Translations under genes and position numbers: made by a program | Origin: Candidatus Limnocylindria bacterium | GTDB taxonomy: Bacteria > Desulfobacterota > Binatia > DP-6 | Length of the DNA stretch: 63,305 bases | Assembly: GCA_035559675.1 (NCBI GenBank) | Contig: DATMAZ010000092.1 | Span: 1 to 63,305, forward strand | Reading direction: 5' to 3' | Part shown: positions 1 to 9,218 of the stretch, in pieces | Layout of the letters: each line of letters starts with the position of its first letter | Numbering within the stretch: position 1 is the first letter of the stretch | The notes under the pieces: model-generated | Seen by the model: only the letters and a program-made list of their open reading frames with translations | Database searches by the model: none | What the model was told of the DNA's origin: nothing

Positions 1-2
1 CG

Positions 3-1109
3 CTCGCCGCCGCCGGAGCCGCCGCCATCGCGGGCGTGCTCGGCCTTCGGCGGCTCTGGCCGGCTCGCATGGTGGCCGCTTCGGCGTCGGTCACGGCGCT
101 CGCGTTGGTCGTGGCTGTCGTCCTGGCCATGCCGGCGCTCCAGGCGTACCTGGCGGCGCTGGCGCTCGGCGTGCTGGTGGCGCCGTGCGCGGTGACCTGC
201 GCGCGTGCGGCGTTCGGCGTGCCCGACGCCGAGCGCGGGCGTTGGCGGTGGTCGTCGCACGTCATCGCGCTCGTGGTGGCGGGCGCCGCGCTCGGCGTGG
301 CGCGGCTGGACGTCCGGCTCGACATCGCGGGCTACGGCCTTCGCTACCTGCCGTCGCCGGCCCGCGACGACCTGGCGGCAATGGCCCGCTACCTCCCGCC
401 GCCGCAGAGCTTCGCGATCCGCGTGCGGGGCGAGCCGGGATTCGTCACGCGGCCCGACGTGCTGGGCGCATTCGCGCGCATCACGGCCGCAGCGCGCGAG
501 GACCCGGCCGTGCGCGCGGCCTCCTCGCTGGCGGACCTGGTGGCGCGCGTGCACCGCGTCTTCAACGACGACCGCCCGGAACTCGAGCGCGTGCCGGACG
601 ACCGCGCGCTCATCGGCCGCTATCTGGCATTGGCGTATTCGCCGGGCTTTCGGCGCTTCGTCGATCGGCCGCTCGCCACCGCGGCGATCTGGGTGGACCT
701 CGACTCGACGGCGCCGTCCGACGCGCTGCGCGTGCATCGCCTGCTGACGGACGCGCTGGCGGCGCATCCCGTGCCGCAGGCGACGGTCGATCCACCGGCG
801 GGCGACGCCATGGCGCTCGTGCGCTCGATGAGAGCCGTCGTGGCGCTGGCGCGGGCGGGGGTGGGCGTACTGGCGCTCTCTGCGATAGGGCTCGTCCCAT
901 TGCTGGGCGCGATCGGGGCCGCGCACGCGCTGGCCGTGGCCGCGCTCTCGACCGCCGCGGCGGCCGGGTGTCTCGGCTGGGTCGGCGGGGCGCTCGACCT
1001 CGTCACCGTGCCTGGGCTGCTCGCCGTGGCGGTGGCGGGCCTGCTCGGCGGCGCTGTCACGGCGGCGGGCCGCCGCGCGGAGATTGGCGCGGGAAGGAAG
1101 GCCGTCTGA
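3..1109 (+). CDS. RND/MMPL-like membrane protein, C-terminal part (5' end outside window)
   Basis: Frame is open from the window edge (no stop before the GTG at 36). A soluble loop-like segment is followed by Ala/Gly/Leu/Val-rich TM helices. Stop TGA at 1107-1109. Family assigned from architecture only. Confidence 0.5.
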   Translation, partial: LAAAGAAAIAGVLGLRRLWPARMVAASASVTALALVVAVVLAMPALQAYLAALALGVLVAPCAVTCARAAFGVPDAERGRWRWSSHVIALVVAGAALGVARLDVRLDIAGYGLRYLPSPARDDLAAMARYLPPPQSFAIRVRGEPGFVTRPDVLGAFARITAAAREDPAVRAASSLADLVARVHRVFNDDRPELERVPDDRALIGRYLALAYSPGFRRFVDRPLATAAIWVDLDSTAPSDALRVHRLLTDALAAHPVPQATVDPPAGDAMALVRSMRAVVALARAGVGVLALSAIGLVPLLGAIGAAHALAVAALSTAAAAGCLGWVGGALDLVTVPGLLAVAVAGLLGGAVTAAGRRAEIGAGRKAV

Positions 1110-1190
1110 GCGGCCTTCCCCCCGATGGGAATGGCCGGACGGCACGCCGTCCGCTCCGTGGTGGCAGGGCCCTTGCACTGCAAGGGCGCG

Positions 1191-3230
1191 ATGGTCGCGA
1201 CGGCGAGCGTGCGCAGCACGTGCCCCTTCTGCGCCGCGGGATGCGGGCTGGTGCTCGAGTCCGACGGCGCGCGGATCCATGCCGTGCGTCCCGACACAGA
1301 CCATCCCGTCTCGCGCGGACAGCTCTGCGTGAAGGGTTGGAACGCGCACCGTGCGCTTGGGCACCCCGACCGTCTCACCACGCCGCTCGTGCGCCGGGGC
1401 GATCGGCTGGTGCCTGCTTCGTGGGCGGAGGCGCTCGAGGCGGTGGTGGAAGCCGTCCGCAGCGCGCAGGCAGCGGCGGGCGCCGACGGCATCGGCGTCA
1501 TCTCGAGCGCGCGGGCCACCAACGAAGACAACTACGCTGCCATGCGGTTCGCGCGCGGCGTGCTCGGCACGAACAACGTCGACCACTGCGCCCGCGTCTG
1601 CCACGCGCCGTCGGTGGTCGGACTTCGCCGCACGCTCGGCTCGGGGGCGATGACGAACTCGATCGCCGATCTCGCCACTGCGGACTGTCTGCTGGTGTGG
1701 GGCTCGGACACCACCGAGAACCACCCGATCATCGGCGCGCGACTGCTCGAGGCGAAGGCGCGGGGGGCCATGCTCATCGCGGTGGACCCGCGCCGCACCC
1801 GGCTGGCCGAGTTCGCCGATCTTCACCTTCAGCTCCGGCTCGGCACCGACATCCCGCTCGCCAATGCTATGCTGCACACGATCTTTGCGCACGGCTGGGA
1901 GGCGGCCGACTATCTCGCGGCGCGCTGCGAGAACGCCGACGCGGTGCGGGCCGCCGTCGCCGGCGTGTCGCTCGCCGATGCGGCGCGCACGACCGGCGTG
2001 GCGGCGAGCGACATCGTCGCCGCGGCGCGGGCATACGCCACGACCCCGCGCGCCGCGCTGATCTACTGCCTCGGCGTCACCCAGCACGTGTGCGGCACGG
2101 AGAACGTGATCGCGCTCTCGAATCTGGCGCTCGCCACCGGCCACGTGGGCGTGCCCGGTGCCGGCATCAATCCGCTGCGGGGCCAGAACAACGTGCAGGG
2201 CGCCTGCGACATGGGTGCGCTGCCCGACGTGCTCTCGGGGTATCAGCCGGTAAGCGATCCCGCGGTCCGCGCGCGCTTCGCGGCGGCCTGGCGCTCGGGG
2301 GCGCTGCCGGATCGCCCGGGTCTCACGTCGCTCGCCATGCAGCACGCGGCGCGCGACGGGCGTCTCCGCTGTCTCTTCGTGCTGGGCGAGGATCCCGTGG
2401 TCACCGATCCGTCGCAGCACGACGTCGCACGTGCCTTCGACGCGCTCGACGATCTCGTGGTCGTGGAGCTGTTCCTCACCGAGACCGCCAAGCGCGCGAG
2501 CCTGGTCTTGCCCGCGGCCGCCTGGGGCGAGAAGGAGGGCACGTTCACCTCCACCGAGCGGCGGGTGCAGCGCGTGCGCCGCGCCGTGGCGCCGCCGGGC
2601 GCCGCGCGCGCCGACTGGGAGATCCTCGACGCGATTGCGCAGCGCCTCGGGCGTCCGATGGGATGGACGTCGGCGCGCGACGTCTTCGACGAGATGGCGC
2701 GGCTCACCCCGATCTACGCCGGCATGTCGTACGAGCGGCTCGAGCGGGGCGGGCTGCAGTGGCCGTGTCCGAACCCCGAGCATCCCGGCACGCCGGTGCT
2801 GTACGTCGAGCGCTGCACGCGCGGCCGCGGCCGCCTCGTGCCGGTCGGCGACACGCTGCCGGCCGAGCTGCCGGACGACGCCTATCCGCTCCAGCTCACC
2901 ACGTTTCGGCTGCACCACCAGTATGGCTGCGGGTCGATGACCCGCCGGGTGCCGCTGCTCGAGCGCGAAAATCCCCCGGGTCTGCTCTGGATCAACCCGC
3001 TCGACGCCGGCGCCCGGCGGATCGCCCCCGGGGCTCCCGTGCGCGTGCGCTCGCGCCGCGGGGAGGTCACCACGCGAGCGATGGTGTCGACCACGGTGCC
3101 GCCCGGGGTGGTGGCGATGCCGTACCATTTCGCGGAGGCGCCTTCGAACCGGGTGACCAACGACGCCGTCGATCCCATCTCGCGCATGCCCGAGCTGAAG
3201 GTCTGCGCGGTGGCGGTGGAGCCATGCTGA
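1191..3230 (+). CDS. fdhA: Formate dehydrogenase-type Mo/W-bisPGD oxidoreductase, catalytic subunit (Cys-type, FdhF-like)
   Basis: N-terminal 4Fe-4S motif STCPFCAAGCGL...QLCVKG. Active site HCARVCHAPSV has Cys where selenoenzymes have Sec, followed by His. RGQNNVQGACDMG is present. No Tat signal. The ORF opens at 1125, but ATG 1191 (MVATASVRSTCPFC) fits homologue N-termini. Confidence 0.9.
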   Translation: MVATASVRSTCPFCAAGCGLVLESDGARIHAVRPDTDHPVSRGQLCVKGWNAHRALGHPDRLTTPLVRRGDRLVPASWAEALEAVVEAVRSAQAAAGADGIGVISSARATNEDNYAAMRFARGVLGTNNVDHCARVCHAPSVVGLRRTLGSGAMTNSIADLATADCLLVWGSDTTENHPIIGARLLEAKARGAMLIAVDPRRTRLAEFADLHLQLRLGTDIPLANAMLHTIFAHGWEAADYLAARCENADAVRAAVAGVSLADAARTTGVAASDIVAAARAYATTPRAALIYCLGVTQHVCGTENVIALSNLALATGHVGVPGAGINPLRGQNNVQGACDMGALPDVLSGYQPVSDPAVRARFAAAWRSGALPDRPGLTSLAMQHAARDGRLRCLFVLGEDPVVTDPSQHDVARAFDALDDLVVVELFLTETAKRASLVLPAAAWGEKEGTFTSTERRVQRVRRAVAPPGAARADWEILDAIAQRLGRPMGWTSARDVFDEMARLTPIYAGMSYERLERGGLQWPCPNPEHPGTPVLYVERCTRGRGRLVPVGDTLPAELPDDAYPLQLTTFRLHHQYGCGSMTRRVPLLERENPPGLLWINPLDAGARRIAPGAPVRVRSRRGEVTTRAMVSTTVPPGVVAMPYHFAEAPSNRVTNDAVDPISRMPELKVCAVAVEPC

Positions 3231-4249
3231 CGGGGCGGGAGGTCGCCGTGCTGCCCGAGCGCGCCGGCATCGAGGCGCTGCGGGCCGCGCTGGCGCGCAC
3301 GCGGCAGCTGCTCGAGATCCGCCGGGGCGATGCAGGCTCGGAGTGGACCGCCGTGTCGCCCGACGTCCCGTTCGAGTGGGCACGCGAGCGCCCGCTCGGC
3401 GGCGCCAAACGCATCTTCTGCCCGCCCGAAGAGACGCTGCTCGTCTGGCACGACGCGACGCCGGCGCTCGCCGAGCCCGAGGCGGCGCCCGTGGCGCTCG
3501 TCGGCGTGCACCCCTGCGACCTCGCCGCGATCGCCTACCAGGATCGCTTCTTCGCCCGAGATCCCTGGTACATGCGCCGGCGGAGCCAGGCGGTGCTGAT
3601 CGGCATCGACTGCACCGCGGCGTGCGCCGGCGGCTTCTGCCACGCGGTGGACGCGGGGCCGTTTGCCCGCGACGGCTTCGACGTGGCGCTCACACCGCTC
3701 GTTGACGGTCGTGTCATCGCCACGCCGGGCACGCCCGCCGGCCGCGCGTTGCTGGACGCGCTCGGTCTCGCGCTCGAGCCGGCCGCCGCGGCGCTCTCGG
3801 CGGCCTACGAGGCCGCGCGCGCCGCGGCGGCGGCGAGCTTTCCCGAGCGGCCGTTCGTGGCCGACGCGATCGCACGCGTGGACGGCGGCCGGGTGACGCA
3901 CGGCGAGTGGCATGCGCTCGGGGTGTCGTGCTTTGCCTGCACGGGGTGCACGAACGTGTGCCCCACGTGCTCGTGCTTCACGGTCGTCGACGAGGGCGAT
4001 GCCACGGCCGGGACGCGCTCGCGCGTCTGGGACAGCTGTCTCCTCGCGGGCTTCCAGCGCGAGGCGTCGGGCCACACGCCGGCGCCGCACCCGGGAGACC
4101 GGGTGCGGCGGTTCTGGAGCCACAAGCTCGAGCAGCACTTCGCGGCGGCGTGCGGGCGCGTGGGCTGCGTCGGCTGCGGGCGCTGCGACGTCACCTGTCC
4201 CGGCGCCATCGGCGCGCTCGGCGTGATGGCCCGGCTGGGGAGCGGCTGA
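3224..4249 (+). CDS. 4Fe-4S dicluster subunit, sulfhydrogenase-beta/AsrA-like
   Basis: ATG 3224 overlaps the fdh stop (ATGCTGA). Cys clusters CFACTGCTNVCPTCSC and CVGCGRCDVTCP. Lies inside the long composite ORF 185-4249, same frame. Confidence 0.85.
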   Translation: MLTGREVAVLPERAGIEALRAALARTRQLLEIRRGDAGSEWTAVSPDVPFEWARERPLGGAKRIFCPPEETLLVWHDATPALAEPEAAPVALVGVHPCDLAAIAYQDRFFARDPWYMRRRSQAVLIGIDCTAACAGGFCHAVDAGPFARDGFDVALTPLVDGRVIATPGTPAGRALLDALGLALEPAAAALSAAYEAARAAAAASFPERPFVADAIARVDGGRVTHGEWHALGVSCFACTGCTNVCPTCSCFTVVDEGDATAGTRSRVWDSCLLAGFQREASGHTPAPHPGDRVRRFWSHKLEQHFAAACGRVGCVGCGRCDVTCPGAIGALGVMARLGSG

Positions 4250-5121
4250 TGCGACCACTGCATCATCTCCTGCCCCAGCCGGCGCGCGTCGAGCGCGTCG
4301 AGCACGAGTCGGCCGACACCCGCACCTTTGTGCTCCGGCTCGTTCGGTTGGTGTCGGACCTCGACCGGGCGGCGCCGGGCCAGTTCGTCATGCTGTCGCT
4401 GCTCGGCACGGGCGAGGCGCCGTTCACCTTCTCGCAGCTTCCGGCGACCGGCGCGGCCCCGGGAACGGTGGTGCTCACGGTGCGCCGGATGGGTGCGGTG
4501 ACTCGAGCGCTGTTCGCGCTGGCGCCGGGCGCCACGGTCGGCGTGCGCGGCCCCTTCGGGCGCGGCTTCCCGCTCGACCGGATGGACGAGCCGTGCGTCT
4601 ACGTCGCGGGCGGCTGCGGGCTCACGCCGCTGCGCGCGGCGATCGATCTGCAGCTTGCGCGCCGCGCGCCGGGCACGCCGGTCGGCGTGCTCTACGGCGC
4701 GCGCGATCCGGCAACCCGCATTCATCGCGCCGCGCTCGACGCCTGGCGCCGGCTGCCTGCCGTGCGCATCGTCGAATGCCTGCAGGAAGCGCCGGCCGAC
4801 TGGAGCGGCGCGCGTGGCCTGGTGACGGCGCACGTGGCGCCGCTCGTCGAGGCCACCGGCGCGCGCCGGGCGGCGCTCTGCGGGCCGGCGGGCATGCTGG
4901 CGCCGGCCGCCATGGGGCTCAGGCGCGCCGGCATCGCCGCCGAGGACATCCACGTGGTGCTCGAGCGCCACATGAAGTGCGGGTACGGAACGTGCGGGCA
5001 TTGCTACCTGAACCACCGCTACGTCTGCACGGACGGGCCGGTGTTCTCGCTGGCCGAGCTGGACGCGTTGCCGGACGCGTTCGATTCCCCGGCCGACACC
5101 TGGCACCAGGCGTGCCCGTAG
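4249..5121 (+). CDS. FAD/NAD(P)-binding [2Fe-2S] oxidoreductase subunit, sulfhydrogenase-gamma/AsrB/PyrK-like
   Basis: TGATG stop-start overlap at 4247-4251. APFTFS flavin motif, VYVAGGCGLTP dinucleotide motif, and C-terminal CGYGTCGHC...VCTDGPVF 2Fe-2S motif. Confidence 0.85.
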   Translation: MRPLHHLLPQPARVERVEHESADTRTFVLRLVRLVSDLDRAAPGQFVMLSLLGTGEAPFTFSQLPATGAAPGTVVLTVRRMGAVTRALFALAPGATVGVRGPFGRGFPLDRMDEPCVYVAGGCGLTPLRAAIDLQLARRAPGTPVGVLYGARDPATRIHRAALDAWRRLPAVRIVECLQEAPADWSGARGLVTAHVAPLVEATGARRAALCGPAGMLAPAAMGLRRAGIAAEDIHVVLERHMKCGYGTCGHCYLNHRYVCTDGPVFSLAELDALPDAFDSPADTWHQACP

Positions 5122-5139
5122 GGACACTGGCGTCGGCGG

Positions 5140-5658
5140 TCAGCCGCCGCGTCCGGGCCGCCAGCGCGCGAAGAGGCTGCCGTCGTCGGCCCAGCGGTAG
5201 GTCGCGCTGCCCCGCCAGATCTTGGCGAGCTCGGTGGTGATACGGTGGGCGAGCTTCTGCGACGTGGTGAGGACCTCGAGCGTGGAGCCGCGGCGCTCGA
5301 CCGACACCAGCCGCCGCGTGGGCTGCGTATGCCCGGCGCGCGCCGCCACGTTCGCGATGCGCCGGCGCAGCGCGGCCTCGTCGGCGAAGCCATCGCCCAT
5401 CTCGATCACGACCCGGCCCAAGTAGAGCTTCTCGGCCTGCTGCCGGCAGGCCGGGCAGATCACCCAGGTCACGGCATGGCGCAGCTCGCGCGTGAGCGGC
5501 ACCCGCCGCCAGGCACGCTTGCGGAAGACCGATCCACATCGCCGGCAGGCCGCAGGCTCTGGCAACCGACCCGTGCGACGTTCCGCGGGCGTCGCTTTCC
5601 CGGTCCCGACGCCGCGTCGGACGTGACTCCTGATCAGGCCTTTTCCGCGTTGAATCAT
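5140..5658 (-). CDS. Zinc-ribbon protein, BCAM0308/NMD3-like, function unknown
   Basis: ATG 5658 is preceded by GGAGGA. Two CxxC pairs (CRRCG ... CPAC). The ORF extends to 5727, but the RBS supports 5658. Confidence 0.6.
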   Translation of the reverse strand: MIQRGKGLIRSHVRRGVGTGKATPAERRTGRLPEPAACRRCGSVFRKRAWRRVPLTRELRHAVTWVICPACRQQAEKLYLGRVVIEMGDGFADEAALRRRIANVAARAGHTQPTRRLVSVERRGSTLEVLTTSQKLAHRITTELAKIWRGSATYRWADDGSLFARWRPGRGG

Positions 5659-5858
5659 CGGTCCTCCCCCACGATTCTGGTAGCAAAGTCGTTGCCGGGG
5701 CAAGCCGCCACGAGCGGCTGGCGCCATTCCGACGCCTGCGAAGCAGGTGGAGCGTGCGTCCCAGGCGTGACAGCACGCGGGCCGCGCGTCGGGTAGTGCA
5801 ATGAGGGCACGGCCGTTGCTAAACGTGCCGTCAGAGTGATCACCGAGGAGGGACGACG

Positions 5859-6305
5859 ATGAAGGCGCCGGCGCGTGTGAGTCTGGTGGTGCGCGATTGG
5901 ATGCGCGCCCATCCGCTGGTCGTTCGGCCGAAGGATTCGATCGCGCACGCCCGGGCGCTGTGTGAGGAGCATCGCATCAACCAGCTGCCGGTGGTGGCGA
6001 ACAAGACGCTGATCGGCATCATCACCGACCGCGATCTCCGCGACGCGTTTCCGTCGGTCGAGGACCAGGCGCGCGATCCCATCGGCGCGCAGGAGCGGAC
6101 CGACGCCACCCGGGTCGAGAACGTGATGAGCCCGCGCGTGCTCACCGTCGACGAGAGCGACACGGTGGCGCACGCGGCCAGCATCATGCAGCAGGAGCGC
6201 ATCGGCGCGCTCCCGGTGCTGAAGGGCACCGAGCTGGTCGGCATCCTCACCCGCAGCGATCTCCTGCGTGCGCTGATCGCGCTCGCCAAGCAGGCGGCCG
6301 CGTAG
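5859..6305 (+). CDS. CBS domain pair protein
   Basis: GAGGAGG RBS before the ATG. Two CBS repeats (HRINQLPVV...GIITDRDL and ERIGALPVL...GILTRSDLL). Confidence 0.85.
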   Translation: MKAPARVSLVVRDWMRAHPLVVRPKDSIAHARALCEEHRINQLPVVANKTLIGIITDRDLRDAFPSVEDQARDPIGAQERTDATRVENVMSPRVLTVDESDTVAHAASIMQQERIGALPVLKGTELVGILTRSDLLRALIALAKQAAA

Positions 6306-6316
6306 GGGGACGTTCC

Positions 6317-8329
6317 ATGGCGGCTGATCCGCACGATGCCGACGCCGGCGCCCGCCGCGCCCGGATGGTGCGCGAGCAGATCGAGGCGCGCGGCATCCGC
6401 GACGCGGCCGTGCTCGACGCCATGCGCCGCGTGCCGCGCGAGGCATTCGTGCCGCCGGAGCTGGCCGAGTTCGCCTACACCGACTCGCCGCTGCCCATCG
6501 AGGAAGGGCAGACGATCTCGCAGCCGTACATCGTGGCCCTCATGACGGCTGCGCTCGAGCTCCGCCCCGACGAGCGCGTGCTCGAGATCGGCACCGGCTC
6601 GGGCTACGCGGCGGCCGTGCTGGCCTGCGTGGCGCGCGAGGTCTACAGCGTCGAGCGGCACGGTCCGCTCGCCGAGCTCGCCCGGCGGCGCCTCGCCGAC
6701 CTCGGCTTCCACAACGTGTGGGTGCTGCACGGCGACGGCACGTTCGGCTGGGCGGAGCACGCGCCGTACGACGCGATCGTGGTGGCGGCGGGCGGGCCCA
6801 GCGTGCCGCCGGCGCTCCTCGAGCAGCTGGCGCCCGGGGGCCGGCTGGTCATCCCGGTCGGCGAGCATCGCGCCATGCAGCAGCTGGTGCGCATCAGGCG
6901 GCTGCCGAGCGGCGAGCTTCGGCAGGAGAATCTGGGCGGCGTGCGCTTCGTGCCGCTGGTCGGCGCGGCCGGCTGGGAAGAAGAGGAAACAGCCGGCCAA
7001 CCGCCGCGCGGCTCGCGTCCCGAGACGGTGGCGCGGCTGCTGCGCGAAGTCGGCGAACCGATCGACCTCGGCGACGTCGAGCTGGGTCCGCTGCTCGAGC
7101 GCATCGGCGGGGCCCGGCTGGTGCTGCTTGGCGAGGCCACGCACGGTACCTCGGAGTTCTACGCGCTGCGAGCCGCGATCACGCGGGCGCTCGTGCGCCG
7201 CGGCTTCGCCATCGTTGCGGTCGAGGCCGACTGGCCCGACGCCGCGCGCGCACACGCCTGGGTGCGCGGGCGCATGCCCGAGCGCGAGCGGCTGCGCTGG
7301 ATGCCGTTTGCGCGCTTTCCCACCTGGATGTGGCGGAACCACGAGGTCGGCGCCTTTCTCGACTGGCTCCGCGAGTGGAACGCGCGGCCCGGCGCGGAGC
7401 GGCCGGCCGGCTTCTACGGCCTCGACCTCTACAGCCTCTACACCTCGATCCGCGTGGTGCTCGACTATCTCGATCGCGTCGACCCGGCCACGGCTCGCAT
7501 CGCGCGCGAGCGCTACGGCTGCCTCACGCCGTGGGAGGGGCATCCGGCGGTCTACGGGCAGGCCGCCGTCACCGGGCGCTACCGCGTCTGCGAGAAGGAG
7601 GCGGTGGCGATGCTGCGCGACCTGCTCAAGCGGGAGGTCGAGTACGCGGCGGCCGACGGCGAGGCCTTCCTCGACACGGTGCAGAACGCGCGGCTCATCG
7701 CCGACGCCGAGCGCTACTATCGGGTCATGTACTACGGCGGGGAAGCCGCCTGGAACCTGCGCGACCGGCACATGTTCGAGACGCTGCAGGCGCTGCTGCG
7801 CTTCCACGGCCCCGATTCGCGCGCCGTCGTCTGGGCGCACAACTCGCACCTGGGCAACGCGCGCGCCACCGAGATGAGCGTGCGCGGCGAGCTCAACCTG
7901 GGCCAGCTCTGCCGCGAGGCCTACGGCGACGCGGCCTACCTCGTCGGCTTCGGCACCGACCACGGCACCGTGGCGGCGGCACACGACTGGGACGGCCCGA
8001 TGGAGGTGATGCACGTCCGTCCCGCGCACCCCGCCAGCTACGAGCATCTCTGTCACCTCGCGGAACGCCCCGCGTTCTTCCTGCCGTTGCGCGAGGCGGC
8101 ACGACCCGAGGTGCGTGACGAGTTCATGGCGGCGCGCCTCGAACGCGCGATCGGGGTCGTGTATCGTCCCGATACCGAGCTGCAGAGCCACTACTTCCAC
8201 GCCGTGCTGCCGCACCAGTTCGACGAATGGATCTGGATCGACGAGACGCGAGCCGTCCATCCGGTGAGCGAGCGCGAAGCGCTGCGCTTGCCGCTGGCGC
8301 ATCCGTTCAGCGGCCACGGGCACGCATGA
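6317..8329 (+). CDS. pcm: Fusion protein: protein-L-isoaspartate O-methyltransferase (N-terminal ~215 aa) + erythromycin-esterase-like domain (C-terminal ~430 aa)
   Basis: PIMT motifs QTISQPYIVALM, VLEIGTGSGYAAAVLA, PYDAIVVAAG, LAPGGRLVIPVG. These are followed by an Ere-type domain (LVLLGEATHGTSEFY, AVEADWPDA, VVWAHNSHLGNA). Confidence 0.85.
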   Translation: MAADPHDADAGARRARMVREQIEARGIRDAAVLDAMRRVPREAFVPPELAEFAYTDSPLPIEEGQTISQPYIVALMTAALELRPDERVLEIGTGSGYAAAVLACVAREVYSVERHGPLAELARRRLADLGFHNVWVLHGDGTFGWAEHAPYDAIVVAAGGPSVPPALLEQLAPGGRLVIPVGEHRAMQQLVRIRRLPSGELRQENLGGVRFVPLVGAAGWEEEETAGQPPRGSRPETVARLLREVGEPIDLGDVELGPLLERIGGARLVLLGEATHGTSEFYALRAAITRALVRRGFAIVAVEADWPDAARAHAWVRGRMPERERLRWMPFARFPTWMWRNHEVGAFLDWLREWNARPGAERPAGFYGLDLYSLYTSIRVVLDYLDRVDPATARIARERYGCLTPWEGHPAVYGQAAVTGRYRVCEKEAVAMLRDLLKREVEYAAADGEAFLDTVQNARLIADAERYYRVMYYGGEAAWNLRDRHMFETLQALLRFHGPDSRAVVWAHNSHLGNARATEMSVRGELNLGQLCREAYGDAAYLVGFGTDHGTVAAAHDWDGPMEVMHVRPAHPASYEHLCHLAERPAFFLPLREAARPEVRDEFMAARLERAIGVVYRPDTELQSHYFHAVLPHQFDEWIWIDETRAVHPVSEREALRLPLAHPFSGHGHA

Positions 8330-8342
8330 CGCCCGCGCGTCG

Positions 8343-9218
8343 ATGTCGATGCGGATCCGCGCCGTCACGCTGAACCTGCTCCACGGCGCGCCGCTGCCCG
8401 GCGCCCGGCGGGCGCGCGCCTCGCTGGCGGCGCGGCTCGACTGGACCGCCGAGTGCCTGGCCGCCGAGGAGCCCGACGTCGTGCTGCTGCAGGAGGCGTC
8501 GGCGACGCCGCGGCACGGCAACACGGCAGCTCGCCTCGCCAGACGGCTTTGCATGGAGCACGTCTACGCGCGGGCCAACCCCGCGCCGATCTGGCGCGTC
8601 GGCGGGTTCGCCGCGCGCTTCGTCGACGCGTTCACGTTCGAGGAGGGTCCCGCGGTGCTCTCGAGGCTGCCCATCGTGGCGTCGCATGTGCACCGGCTGT
8701 CGAGCCCACTTTCCTTGCACGAGCGGCGGATCGCGCTCGAAGCGGTGCTCGAGGCGCCGTTCGGACGCTTCAGCGTCTTCTCCGTGCACCTCACCGCGGG
8801 CTCGCGGCCCGGACGATCTCGCCAGATCGCCGCGCTCATCCGGGCGGTCGAAGGCCGCCGGGAGCGCGAGCACCCGGCGATCATCGGCGGCGACTTCAAC
8901 GTCGAGGAGCACGCCGACGAGATGCGCGCGCTGACGCAGGTGCGCGGCTGGATCGATTCCTTCCGTCACGTGCACCCCGACGTCCCGGGCCACACCTGGG
9001 GCCAGCTGCTGGCGACCGCGCTCGCCACCGCGGGACGCCGCATCGACTTCCTGTTTTCGGCGCCGGCAGGTGGGGTGCACTGGGACCCGATCCACAGCCG
9101 CCTCGTGCTCGACCGCTCCTTCCCCCACGCCCGCGCCGGCGTGCTGTGGGCGAGCGATCACTACGGCGTGCTCACCGACTTCGCGCTGCCGACTACCCGG
9201 CGGAACTGCGCGCTGTAG
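8343..9218 (+). CDS. Endonuclease/exonuclease/phosphatase (EEP) family phosphoesterase
   Basis: TLNLLHG, VVLLQEA, IIGGDFN, DFLF, and a SDHYGV C-terminal catalytic His motif. Confidence 0.8.
   Translation: MSMRIRAVTLNLLHGAPLPGARRARASLAARLDWTAECLAAEEPDVVLLQEASATPRHGNTAARLARRLCMEHVYARANPAPIWRVGGFAARFVDAFTFEEGPAVLSRLPIVASHVHRLSSPLSLHERRIALEAVLEAPFGRFSVFSVHLTAGSRPGRSRQIAALIRAVEGRREREHPAIIGGDFNVEEHADEMRALTQVRGWIDSFRHVHPDVPGHTWGQLLATALATAGRRIDFLFSAPAGGVHWDPIHSRLVLDRSFPHARAGVLWASDHYGVLTDFALPTTRRNCAL

Noticed and set aside
185-8554. Very long ORFs such as 185-4249 (+, 1354 aa), 5840-8554 (-, 904 aa), 52960-56121 (-, 1053 aa) and 19415-21907 (+, 830 aa).
   Set aside because: Their translations are low-complexity Arg/Ala/Gly/Pro strings. 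They lie antisense to, or out of frame with, genes that have clear family motifs. This is the usual stop-codon scarcity of a ~70% GC genome. Only the in-frame tail of 185-4249 is real (the AsrA-like gene).
9161-9218. Sizeable convergent 3' overlaps (EEP/CDP-alcohol transferase 58 nt; YfhO-like/GT2 ~120 nt at 28727-28848; membrane protein/creatininase 64 nt at 62520-62583) as functional antisense arrangements.
   Set aside because: In each case the overlapping tails lie beyond the conserved domains. They are most simply read-through to the next available stop in GC-rich sequence.
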